NCBI GenBank assembly: GCA_035221665.1
Contig: CM069133.1
Span: 96,596,001-96,660,000, forward strand
Direction: 5' to 3'
Length of the DNA: 64,000 nucleotides
Origin: Okamejei kenojei
Lineage: Eukaryota
The stretch's first letter is position 1. Each line of letters opens with the position of its first letter. The position numbers and the translations under genes are program-made. Positions 11,231 to 23,910 of this stretch are shown piece after piece. The notes beneath the pieces are model-generated. The model searched no databases and had not been told where the DNA came from. It worked only from the letters and a program-made list of their open reading frames with translations.

Positions 11231-13599
11231 AGGCATTGATTACCGCTCTATTACTTCCATACTCTAATTTAAACAGAGTAACTGATCCCTTGAGGCCTTA
11301 CTCCACTCCACTGTAAGAACAACATACTTTACCCCTGAATGAGAATTAAAACAGTAATGGTAGAAATACTCACCTGTTGCCAACTACTTTCCTCAGCAAA
11401 GATCCCTCACTTACCAAAGTGCACACTTTGAGACAATTGGTCAGGAGCTGCAGTGGGACCCGCTGGCTGCACTTTGAGGTCTGCAGTGCAATGGACGCAT
11501 TTGGAGTGCGAATGTACCAAGACCCATCAGCAAATTTGAGGCCTTCAAATCTAATCATTTCATTGATACAAACATTCCCATAAAGCAGCATAAATTCCGT
11601 ATGCCTTATAAAAACTCAAACCAAGTTGCAACCCATGAAACAATAATGAAGCAGGGCTTTTATATAACAGTCCAACAGATTCACTCTATCACCGATGCCG
11701 ACTCCAAATTAAAATTCTTAAATGAGTGCTGAGAATAAAACTGACAGTGGGCTAAGCTGGAATGTCTCCGAAATCTATGTGGGATCATGGCGTGCAATTA
11801 ACCCTCCCCAATCCGACATAATGTAGGCAGCAAACCAAATTCATGCTTCCTGGTTATTATACAACGTTCCTCCTCATTGAGCACCAGATGTAACGGCAGA
11901 TTTTCATATCTTTCAGGAAATTAGCACCCTAGCCGCTAAATGGTTGAGCATGGTTGAAGGGGGTTCACATGGTTAACCTTCCCCATCGTCTCTCCAAACT
12001 AATCTAAAAACTAAACTTCTGCACAAGCATCTCAAACACGCCCAAAAACACGTCATAAATCCCACCCGCAATATAACGGGCAGTCTAAAATTTAAAGGCA
12101 CATGCCATCATCAATGACATGCAAAACAGGCCAAATGGCTACTACACCAAACAGAATGTGTTTTTTGCTTCAACAGTAACCTCAAATACTTATAGGCTAG
12201 TATCAGCTACAGGAAGCCTACAATACTGCTATAGTCAGTCTGCACTTCTTACAGGGGATCAGCACTGAACTGTATTCGATGGTGCCACTCATTATATTCT
12301 GATGCAATTTGCCAAAAGAGTTAGGGCACCGCACACACGACACAACAGGATCCATGTGTGTTGCCTGCTTCACTGAAGGTCAGTACATGAGGCAGGGAGG
12401 TGGATATGTGCTGTTTACACAAAATAATCTATCTGAGAGGAAGTCCAAACATTCCAGAAGCCACTCCATGCACTGAACAGTTCAGCATGCTTCTCTCCTA
12501 CACCTCCATGTGCTGGCCCCTATTCAGCCATGATGGGCACACTCCCATAACACATTGTACGACACATTTCCCGCTCTCTTCTACAAAACAGAAAACATGT
12601 CTTCATCTGCAGTATGGTGAGACTCCCAGAGATGAGTGGTTTGCAGACAGGGCACAATGATTCAAAGATTCAATGGTGATTCAAGGACACTTTATTGCCA
12701 CCCATACCGAGGTGCTGTGAACGGCTTTGTTTTGCCTATAACCTGGTAAAATCATACAACAGACCTCACCTAGGCAGTACACAGGAACCGGCACATTTCT
12801 GGCTCGACGAGGTTAGAAAATGTTACAAAAAGGGGGACACATGCCAGTTAGCTGGATGACAAGGATCACGTTAAGTAATGGTGCAAAAAGATGCAGAATG
12901 CAAGATTTGATGCAACAGCATATAGAAAAGAGCAAAGGCGGTACAGAATGAAAAAAAATGGTGCTTTGGTAGGCCTGAAGAAAACCTGTATTGCTGCAAT
13001 TTTATGCAGGGGTCTGTGAAGAACATAATCCAACTTCCGAGTATGAAAGTGATGAGCAACATCGTTGGTGTGTGCGTTTTATGGATTCGTCCATCAGGCA
13101 CAGGTTTATACCCAATAATTTAGTTTCAATTGCAGCACAACAGTAGTTGTAGGAATGAGGTGACGTTTTCACCCAGAAAGTTGTGAATTTTATTCCCTTA
13201 CAAGGACAAATCACTTGTAAGGTAGGGACTCAAGGGATATAGCAATCGATCAGCCATGATCACAATGAATGGCGGTGCTGGCTCGAAGGGCCAAATGACC
13301 TCCTCCTGCACCTATTTTCTATGTTTCTTTGTTTCTAAGCAGGGTTCAGAACATGCCCCAGTCTGCATCAATGATACTGGGCTTCAGGCTCCTGGGTGTA
13401 AATATTGTGCAAAGTACTATTGATACAGAGTCATTATATATCATAACAAGTAGTTTTATTAGAATACATACAGAGACCATTGAAATGTATACTGTAGGCT
13501 CATAATCTTAAGTAGAGCTAACTAACATGGCTGCCCATATGCCACTAGGTGGTAATGTGGAAACCTGACATGGATTATGGATCAGGTCGGCAGCAGCAA

Positions 13600-14110
13600 A
13601 ACCAGACACGGTTCAAATCAGCAATACTGTTTGATCTACAATTATCACCAACAATGTTCACTTGTCCAATTGCATTGACAATCCAGCCACCAAAGCACAC
13701 TAACACCCCTTACTAAGTTCTACAGATGTACCATCGAAAGCATCCGATCCTGACGCATCACAGCTTGGCATGACACCTGCTTTGCCCATCACCGCAAGAA
13801 ACTGCCAAGAGATCTGGATTCCACCCTCCAAACCAGCTTTCCCCTGCCTCTGCTCTGGAAATCAGACAACATAATTATGGACCACTCACACCCCTGTCAT
13901 GCTCACTTCTCCCCTCTCCCATTGGTTAAAAGGTACAAAAGCTTAAAAGACATACAATCAGATTGAAGAACACATTCTTCCACAGTGTCAACAGACTCAT
14001 GAACGGACTTCACATATGCTCACAATGTATTTTCAATGTTCCAATCTACCTCATTCTGGCCCTAGCACTTTTTTGTTGTCTGCTCATTCTATGTAGCTGT
14101 ATCACTATAT
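13600..14110 (+). mobile_element. Rex1-type LINE 3' fragment, degenerate
   Basis: Encodes remnants such as KFYRCTIESI and DHSHPCHAHFSPLPL. Confidence 0.6.
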
Positions 14111-14170
14111 TATGCAGTCGATTTTCCCCTTAAGTTTCCCTGAAATCTTTCCCCTCTCACCTTAAACCTA

Positions 14171-14864
14171 ACTACCACCAGGTGGCACCAGCAATAGTTG
14201 TCTCGCCAACAATCTGTCTGTCCCTTTCTTCTTCGTTATTTTTTAGTATGTGTTAAATGTATGTTTTTAGTGTTCTTTAGCTTGTTTTGTGGAGGGTGGG
14301 GGAGGGGGTTGGGGGAAACTTTTTCTAATCTTTTACCTCAACGGAGATGCAATTTTTTTTCCGTATCATATTTATGCCCGCACGGCTGCCCAACATCGAG
14401 GAGTTGACGGTCTTTGCTGGAGACCGACTTCGAGAGTTCCACCGCAGGGAGCCTACGAGACTTTAACTTCACAGAGCCCGCGATCCCTTTGCCAGGGATC
14501 GACCTCTGAGCTCTACCGCGGGTGCTTGTGGACTTTAACATTGTCAAGCCCGTGGTCTCTGGTCAGAGACCGACTTTGGAAACTCCAAGCCGCAGCAGCT
14601 TCAACTGCCCCGATACGAGAGCTTCGATCGCTCCGACGCGGGAGCTTGGATCGCCCCGACGGATGGTTCGACTGCCCCAACCGTGGGAGAAGAATGAGGG
14701 AAGAAGATTGGACTTTATTGCCTTCCATCGCAGTGAGGAATGCAGGGGATGTTTATGTTAACTTTTATGTAGTTGTGTGTCTTGCTGCTTTTTTTGGTAT
14801 GGCTGTATGGTAATTCGTATATCACTGTACCTTAATTGGTACATGTGACAATAAAAGACCTTTG
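14171..14864 (+). mobile_element. Non-autonomous retroelement with a Rex1-type tail, inserted into CR1
   Basis: 7-bp direct repeat AAACCTA (14164-14170 and 14865-14871). 3' end GGTACATGTGACAATAAA. Homologous copy at ~22228-22965. Confidence 0.7.
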
Positions 14865-14871
14865 AAACCTA

Positions 14872-15715
14872 TGTTCTCTGGTTCTTGATTCTCCTAATCT
14901 TAGTAAAAGAGTTGGTGCTGTCACCCTATCACCCTGATTATTTTATACTCCTTTCTAAGATCACTCCTTTGCCTCCTGCACTCCAAGGAATAAAGTTTTA
15001 GATGACCAACTCAGGCTCCCGAATCCTGGCAACATCCTCGTTAATATTCTCTGCTCTCGTTCCAGCTTAATCACATACAGTACTTCCTATAGCACGGCAT
15101 CCAAAACTGATTGCAATACTCGAAATGCGGCATCACTATGCAAAGTACAACTGTAACATAATGTCCCAACTTCTATACTCAATATCCTGATTGATGAAGG
15201 CCACAGTACCAAAAGCTAAAAGCTTTCTTGATCGCCCTGTCTACCTGTGATGCCACTTCCTGGAAACTATGCACCTGTATTCCTAGATCTCTCTGGCCCA
15301 CAACACTACCCAGGGCCCCATCATTCACTGTGAAGGCCCTGCCATGGTTTGAGTTCCCAAAATGAACAGCTTGCACTTACCTGCATCAAACTTCATTAGC
15401 CATTCCTCAGCCCACATGCCTAACAATCAAGATCCTGTTGCAATTTTTTATCATCATCTTCACTGACTACAATACCACCTACTTTAATGTCATCTGCAAA
15501 TGTATTAATCATGCTTAATACATTCTGATCCAAATCCAGATAGCAAAGGGCCTGGCACTGATACCTGCAACATACCACTAGCCACAGATCTCCAGTCTGA
15601 AAAACAACCTTCCACTACCACCCTCTGCTTCCTTTCACAAAGCAAATTCTATATCCAGTCAGCCTACTCTGGATCCCATGTATCTAACCTTCCAGAACAG
15701 CTTACCAGGCAGAAT
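14872..15715 (-). mobile_element. CR1 LINE RT-to-3' fragment
   Basis: Degenerate CR1 ORF2 C-terminus (HFG..N, QRDLGIQVH, ASQVDR). Confidence 0.75.
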
Positions 15716-16154
15716 GACAGGCCATTTAGTCAGACTGCTATGCCTTTCAATAAGATCATGATCGATCTTTTGTGTAGGAAAAAACTGTAGATGCAAATTT
15801 AAATCGAAGTAGACATTTCAGGTCAAGACCCTTCTTCAGACTGAAGGAATGTCTCAACCCGAAACTTAACCCATTCCTTCTCTTCAAAGATTCTGCCCGT
15901 CCCGCTGAGTTGCTCCAGCATTTTATGTTTACCTATGGTCGATCTTTTATTTTTTCCTCAACTAACCACATTTCACTTAAAAGAATCATCTCAAAAGCAA
16001 ATGTTCTCTTGCTTTCTGTCTTGATTTATGATTTGAATAGCCAACATTCCATTTTGACTCTGAAACTCTGATTTTAAACACCCTTTTGCGAGCACAATCA
16101 TTAACTCCTTATCTACCTTGTCAAGTCCTTTAAGAATGTTCTGTTTCAGCAAGA

Positions 16155-17008
16155 ATGTTTCTATAGATGAGGCTCTCACCAGGGTCTCTTCTATACCCCG
16201 TAACTCTGCTCTCACTCCCCATCCCCCCACTCGTAACAAGGGCAGAGTCCCTCTTGTCCTCACCTTCCGCCCTACAAGCCGTCACATACAACAAATAATC
16301 CAACATTTTGGCTACCTCCAACGGGATGCAAACCACTGGCCACATCTTCCCATCTCCTCCCCTTTCAGCTTTCCGCAGAGATCACTCCCTCCTTAACTCC
16401 CTGGTCAAATCGTCCCTTCCCACCCAAACCACCCCCTCTCCTGACACTTTCCCTTGTAACTGCAGGAAATGTTACACTTGTCGCTTTAGCTCCCCCTTGA
16501 CTCCATTCAAGGACCCAGGCAGTCTTTCCAGGTGCAGCAGAAGTTCACCTGCACCTCCTCCAACCTCATCTATTGCATCCGCTGTCCTAGATGTCAACTG
16601 CCTTACATTGATGAGACCAAGCGTAGGCTTGGCGATTGCTTCGGCGAACACCTCAGGTCGGTTCGCAATAACCAACCTGATCTTCCGGTAGCTCAGCACT
16701 TCAACTCCCCCTCCCATTCTGAATTCAACCTTTCAGTCCTGGGCCTCCTCCATGGCCAGAGTGAGGCCCACCATAAATTGGAGGAGCAGCACTTCATATT
16801 TTGTTTGGGTAGTTTACACCCCAGCGGTATGAACATTGACCTCCAATTTCACGTAGTCCCTGTTTTCTCCTTCTTTGCCCCTCCCCTTCCCAGCTCTCCC
16901 ACAGCTCACTGCCTCCACCTTTTCCTTTCCTCCTGCCCACCCCCCACCCCCACTTCGCTCCGTAGATGCTGCCCCATCCGCTGAGTTTCTCCAGCATTTT
17001 TGTCTACC
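16155..17008 (+). mobile_element. Penelope-like element 3' fragment (GIY-YIG endonuclease plus terminal repeat)
   Basis: Encodes FTCTSSNLIYCIRC..C.LPYIDETKRRLGD..EHLRS..PVAQHFN..LEEQHFIFCLGSLHPSGMN. Flanked by a ~16-bp TSD TTCTGTTTCAGYAAGA (16139-16154 and 17009-17024). Confidence 0.88.
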
Positions 17009-17879
17009 TTCTGTTTCAGTAAGATCAGTTCTAATTTTTCAAACAGAGTGTCTGGGTTCAGACCCTTTCATCTCACCTTGAACGCTGAGCCTCCTTTCCA
17101 GGAATTGAAGCAGATGAACCTAGATTACACTGTCATAACTTCAACTCTATCCTTCTTTGTGGCCAGAGTTACAGACAAATTTAACATTGCCAGAGTTCTA
17201 TACAACTGGGACAAAGTGTTTCTGCAATTGGACTCACATCTTTTCTAATAAAGACTTAAGACTACTTCCCTTCATAAATGCTTGGTATACCTATTATTAT
17301 TTTCCCATGTACCCTCCGACCACTTCCTTCATATCAGATTACAGCATTTTCCCCATAGCTGATATTTAAATAACCTACATATAGCTCCTCATTTTCTTGC
17401 TTCTTCCTTTCTTAAAAAGGGAGGTTACATTTGCTATCATCCAATCTGTGCAAGCTATTCTAGAATCTATGGACTCTTGGAAGATACAACTAAGACCTTC
17501 ACTGTCTCCATTGTCACCTGCTTCAATACGTTATGATGCACGTCATCAGGACCTAGGGATTAATTGCATTTCAACCTCATTCACGTATGGAAAGTCATCC
17601 CATTCTTATTCATTACAGTAATTTATTTGTGTTCAACATTCAAAGACCCATTGTTCTCCATCAAATATTAACACTAAACTTTGGTTTAATTTATCAGTTA
17701 TTAGCTTATCTACTGATATAATTTATCCTATCACAGTCTGTCAGTGATGCACATGGACTTTAGCTAGATTTATTTTCTATTTACAGTCAATAGAAACAGT
17801 GAAATCTACTTTTATATTTCCTATGAGCCGCCTCTTATTTTCTACATGCCCCGTTTAGTATCTACATGCCCCTTCTCAG

Positions 17880-19092
17880 CGGTCCCTTGCAGTCAGAAAC
17901 AGATGAATTGGTCATGGGGAACAAGGACATGGCAGAACAATTGAATAACTACTTTGGTTTTGTCTTCACTAAGGAAGACATAAATAATCTGCCGGAAATA
18001 GCAGGGGACCGGGGGTCAAATGAGATGGAGGAACTGAGTGAAATGCAGGTTAGCCAGGAAGCGGTGTTAGGTAAATTGAATGGATTGAAGGCTGATAAAT
18101 CCCCAGGGCAATATAGGCTGCATCCCAGAGTACTTAAGGAAGCAGCCCCAGAAATAGTGGATGCATTAGTGATAATTTTTCAAAACTCTTTAGATTCTGG
18201 AGTAGTTCCTGAGGATTGGAGAGTAGTTAATGTAACCCCACTTTTTAAAAAGGGAGGGAGGGAGAAAACGGGGAATTACAGACCAGTTAGTCTAACATCG
18301 GTAGTGGGGAAACTGCGAGAGTCAGTTATTAAAGATGGGATAGCAGCAGATTTGGAAAGTGGTGAAATCATTGGACAAAGTCAGGATGGATTTATGAAAG
18401 GTAAATCATCTCTGACGAATCTTATAGAATTTTTGAGGATGTAACTAGTAGAGTGGATAAGGGAGAACCAGTGGATGTGTTATATCTGGACTTTCAGAAG
18501 GCTTTCGACAAGGTCCCACATAAGAGATTAGTATGCAAACTTAAAGCACACGGTATTGGGGCTTCAGTATTGATGTGGATAGAGAACTGACTGGCAGACA
18601 GGAAGCAAAGAGTAGGAGTAAACGGGTCATTTTCAGAATGGCAGGCAATGACTAGTGGGGTACTGCAAGGCTCGGTGCTGGGACCGCAGCTATTTACAAT
18701 ATATATTAATGATTTGGACGAGGGAATTGAATGCAACATCTCCAAGTTTGCGGATAACATGAAGTTGGGAGGCAGTGTTAGCTGTGAGGTGGATGCTAGG
18801 AGGCTGCAAGGTGACTTGGATAGGTCTTTTAGGACTGATTTTAGAAAAACATTTTTCACACAGAGAGTGGTGAATCTCTGGAATTCTCTGCCACAGAAGG
18901 CAGTTGAGGCCAGTTCATTGGCTATATTTAAGAGGGAGTTAGATGTGGCCCTTGCGGCTAAGGGGATCAGGGGGTATGGAGAGAAGGCAGGTACGGGATA
19001 CTGAGTTGGATTAGCCATGATCATATTGAATGGCGGTGCAGGCTCAAAGGGCCAAATGGCCTACTCCTGCACCTATTTTCTATGTTTCTATT
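17880..19092 (+). mobile_element. CR1 LINE ORF2 fragment with internal deletion and intact 3' end
   Basis: Motifs KSPG, VPEDWRV.NVTPLFKKG, NYRPVSLTSVVGK, YLDFQKAFDKVPH, SGVLQGSVLGP, SKFADNMKL, FFTQRVVNLWNSLP; (TTTCTATG)n-like tail. Confidence 0.92.
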
Positions 19093-20605
19093 TCTAAAAG
19101 GAACAGTTTTCTTTCTCACCAATACCTGTACCCATGTCACAAGGATTTAATTCATTTTGCAACGCAATATTCTTTGTGCCTTGTAGTCAATGGTCTGACC
19201 AATTTGCACGTAGCTCGGTAAGCAATAGTGAGATTGTTACCTTTGCGATTCCAATTTTTAATATGGATACCAACTGTTCATGTCCCTTCAGCAGAACATC
19301 CTGCTCAGTTTTATCTATGCTATTGCTTTCCACATAAATCACAACAATGGATCACTCCCTCTCCAATTCCTAGTTCCTTCATGGGGTTGATGTTTTCACA
19401 TTCATCAGCAATTGTAAACTAAATCACCAACTCTCTATTATGCATTATGATAAAATAAATGGAAGATTAAATTATTATATTAAGTGCAAAACATCAAATA
19501 ACATTTTAGTGAAAGGTTGCACTATGAAACACAGCTATTAATGATTAAAATAATGAACCAGGAACAAATCATTATCTAACATCAATTTCAGTACATCATT
19601 CCATGACAAAAAAATCCACAAGGCCACAGAGCTGTTTAAAATGGAGAGACTCAGCATGAGTCTAAGTATTGCTTCTGGCCAGTCCTGCTACACTTATTTG
19701 GTCGCTGGTATTGGTAATGATTTTGGAATTTGTTCAAAGAAACTGAGGAGAATGGAGAACCGTTCTTCGCCACTGATTCATTGCCTGGACATTGAGAACA
19801 CTGGGGCTGTTTCAGCATGGCTGTTGGATCTAATAGTGCATTCATAACAAATCCTCAGACACTGTGACCATCATGATCAAGCGTGTATGAAACTAATTAC
19901 AGAAACAAAGGCTGAGGTTTCTGAGCCACTTCTCTTTGTACAGAAACCATCCAGGAACAAGCAGGAATCGACCTTTCATTCTCCTTGCACCAGATTTAAT
20001 ATTCAGAGAAAATGCTGCAATTTTGGAAACTCTAATAATGACGAGCCTTAAACCAGTAAAAATATTTTAATTAATTGTAAATAGGAGTTAATATTTCTTT
20101 ATCATCAATATCGTGGTCTTTTCTACTATTAAAAAATTAATGGTTGATGTAACCAAAATTACCGTAGGACTTGATAATCATCAACAATTGCTAGAAAAAA
20201 ACTCAATCAAATCAGCTTACACAGCAAACCTTGTCCCCAGTAACCAAGTTCCGTCTTATCACAAATGAAAATGTACAAGTTATTGCATTTCACTCCATTA
20301 CAGGACCTTTCCCCTGTCTCATTCTTCCAAGCCATCACTGCTGCACCGTAAACAAAGGCGTCGTGCTTTGTGGGATGCATATTTTTTTTGAAAAAAAATG
20401 CTTCAACTGAAGAAGACACATGTTTGTAGGAAAACATAAGCTGGGTAATATAGTCTTCTAATCAGCAGATTGGGAACAATAGTAGAAGGCAGCACTTGAA
20501 ATTTAAAATAGAAGACTACTAATTGCTACCTTTTAGTAGGAAGAGCAAGGGGAAACAATGTAAACCAAAGGACACAATTGAAATGGGTTACAACATTGGA
20601 TACAT

Positions 20606-20885
20606 TTAGTTTGGTTTATAGATACATTGTGGAAACAGATCCTTCAGCCCATCGAGTCCGTACTGACCAACACACTAATTCTATCGTACACACTGGGGAC
20701 AATTTACTGAAGCCAATTAACCTACAGACCTGCACGTCTTTGGAATGTGGGAGGAAACCGGAGGACATGGAGAAAACCCACATGGTCACTGGGAAATGCG
20801 CAAACTCCGCACAGACAGCACCCATAGTCAGAATCAAATGTGGGTCTCTGGTGCTGTGAGGCAGTAACTCTACCACTGCACACCC
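20606..20885 (-). mobile_element. tRNA-derived V-SINE (HE1-like)
   Basis: A-box-like GCAGTGGTAGAG and V-domain TCCGGTTTCCTCCCACATTCCAAAGAC. Confidence 0.75.
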
Positions 20886-21894
20886 CCTGTAACAGGGCAG
20901 ATTGAGAACATGGTTTAAAAAAACACACACGATTCCGAGTTTTACAAATGAGACAAGGAAAGCAAGAGAATGTGTCTCAATGAATCTTTGTGGTTTGGCC
21001 TCATTATTATGTAAATTTCACTTTATGAATGAGGTTCTGAGGGAGGGCAGAGAAGATTTATGCCAAGAATGAGGGACTTTAGTGGAGTGAATGGACTAGA
21101 GAAGCTGGTTTATCTTCCTCAGAACAGTGGACATTGAGTTGAGATCTTCCTCTTGGTCAAGGTCGAGAACCAGAGGACTTGAAATTAAAATGAATGGCAA
21201 AAGAACCAAAAGCAATATGAGGAAACTGTTTTTTAAAAGGTAGTTTGGAATGAATTGCTGGGAGTGGAGTTGGATTCAGTTCAGCATTCAAACAGAACTA
21301 CATAAGTAGAACATGTCGTTCTACATAACCTACATAAGTAGGAAAACAAATGCAGATCTACGGGGAGAGGAAGGAGAAATTGAAGTACCTGATGATTTTG
21401 ATGCTCCAAATTGCCTAGCTATTTATTGCAAAATTTCTGTGATTCTCCATGTAAGTTGAAGAGGAGCCTGCAGGTAATTGTGTTTCCATGCGCTTGCTTT
21501 CTTTGATGGTAGAGGTATGGATTGAGGTGGTGCTTTCAAAAAGGCTGTGGTGAGTAAATGCAGTACATGTTGCAAATTATGGTCAATTATGGAAAAAGTG
21601 AGCGTAGAGGGTGGTATATATATTTGGGATGCCAATCAAACAGATTGTTTTATCCTGGACAGTATTAATTGTATGGTTTTAATTTTATGTTTTTGTCAAG
21701 TCTAGAATATTTAATTGATTTAATTAATCTGCTGATTTAATTGATATACAGTATGTACTGTGAGTGGAACAATGACATTTTCACTTGCCGCTGTTTTACA
21801 GGCACATTAAACACGACACAACAAATAAATATACAATACTAGTTATATTTGGCATACCTAAACATAATGGCTCAGGCCAAAGTAGGGGATGGCA

Positions 21895-22176
21895 TGGAGG
21901 CAGAGCGGTATAGTTGTTGTCTTACAGCACCAAAACCCAGGTTCAATCCTGACTATGGGTACTGTTTGCATGGAGTTTGTATGTTCTCTGTGTGACGGTG
22001 TGTGTTCTGCTCCGGGTGCTCCGGCTTCCTCCCACACTCCAAAGACCTACATGTTTGTAGGTTAATTGGCTTTGGAAAAAATTGTAAATTGTTCCTTGTG
22101 TGTTGTGTAGTGCTAGTCGGTGTGGACTCGGTGGGCCGAAGGATCTGTTTCCACACAGTAACTCAAAACTAAACTA
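21895..22176 (+). mobile_element. V-SINE (HE1-like)
   Basis: B-box GGTTCAATCC, V-domain, (AAACT)n tail. Confidence 0.75.
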
Positions 22177-22227
22177 ATGTAAACTACATAGCACAACCTT
22201 ATACTGCGCAGTAGTTCAGTGCTGAGG

Positions 22228-22965
22228 TACCAGGGGCGCCGCACAATTGGCAGCCCCGCCAACAGTTGTCTGTTTTTTCTTCTTTTATTTTTTATTTAGT
22301 ACCTTTTAAAAGTCTGTGTAAATGTTCTCCGGTATGTTTTATGTAGGGGGATGGGGAGGGGGTTGGGGGAGTCTTTTTTTCAGTTTCTTACATTGCCGGA
22401 GGTGCCATTTTTTTCCAGGTCACATCTCCGGTCGCTCTGTGGCCTAGCATCGACGGAGCTGGAGGCCTCCTCGGACTGACTTTGGGCCCCACTGCGGGGC
22501 GTGGACTTAACATCTGAGTTGATCCCTTGCCTGGGATCGCTCCAACCGTGACCTGTGGAATTTACATCGGGAGCTTGCAGACTCAGGAGAGACTAGTTGG
22601 GAGCTCCAACAGCACAGATGCAGGGTTTGATTGCCTGGTGCGGGTGAGCTGACTTCCCTCCAATGTGGGAGCTGATCACCCTGATGCGGACGGCAAAAAC
22701 GCTGCCGGCTTTGGGAGCCATGATTGTCCCATCAACGGATGTCTCGAGGCCCGCGACCACAGGAGAGGAAAGAAGGGAATAATTTAATTTTTTTTTCGCC
22801 TTCCATCACAGTGAGGAATGTGGAGGAGTCACTGTGATGGATGATTATGTTAAAATGCACTTTGTGCGTTCCGTTGCTTTTTATTTGTATGACTGACTTG
22901 GAAAATGAAATTCCTCATATTTTGAGAAACGTACTTCGCTAATAAAGTATTATTGTGATTGGGAT
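22228..22965 (+). mobile_element. Non-autonomous retroelement homologous to 14171-14864 but with a different 3' tail
   Basis: Shares CGCCAACA, GTGGACTT, GATCCCTT..CC.GGGATCG and GCCTTCCATC.CAGTGAGGAATG. Ends ...CTAATAAAGTATTATTGTGATTG. Confidence 0.65.
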
Positions 22966-23910
22966 TGTGATCGATTGAGGTAGAATTGTTAGTTGGTCCA
23001 TTTTTGAAACTGGAAATGGCATAGCCATTTGATGACACATATCCTCACCAGACTCCACGCAAATGCTAGTATTTGGGAACATTCTAAAAAACTTCCTCAT
23101 ATCTGTTCCACTTTGGATATCCAGCCACAGATGCAGCAAAACAAGAAGACTTTACAATAAAGAATGATTTTGCAGAATACAGAAGCAGAAGAAGCAGGCT
23201 TTGTTTGTGTTTTAGTAGCAGTCTGTCACCATCTGTTTAATGACCATTATTACAGCTGCTGAATGCTTATTTTCACTGGGCTGAATGCCAAAGTGGCATC
23301 AGGGCCTTACTAGAGGCATAGAATTGATTTGCATTTCTAAGTTGCCTCTTGCTTGAGCTGGACAGTGATCCTGCTCTTCCATGACCAGTCTGATCGTGAT
23401 TAAGGTAATGTAAATATTGCTTCATGATCTTTTTTCAACCTTAACCAAAAAAAGTAATCAGCACATCTGGGAATCCCTCCAGAGCCGTGTTATTTGTCTG
23501 GTTCCTGCTGTTTGTTAATTATCTGCAGCACGTAAAACTCATCACCACTTAGAATCAGAGAGTCATACTGCATGGAAGTTGGCCTTTTGGTCCAACTTGT
23601 CCACACCGGCCAAGATGTCCCATTTGCCCATGTTTGGCCCACATACTTCTAAACCTTTTCTATCTATGTACCTGTCCAAGTGCCCTTTAAATGCTGTCAT
23701 AGATCCCTGCCTTTTATTACAATTACCTCCACTGGCAACTTGTTCCATATAAACCCCACCTTCTGAGTGAAAAAGCTGCCCCTCAGGTTCCTATTAAATC
23801 TTGCCACTCTCATCTTAAAATATGTCCTCTGATTCTTGATTTCCTTCTCTCAGTAATACAAAAGTCTTGTTTGCCACTCTATCTACCTGTGATGCTACTT
23901 TCAGGAACTA

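Noticed and set aside
19651-19845. 64-aa minus-strand ORF as a terminal exon
   Set aside because: No recognisable homology and no convincing acceptor.
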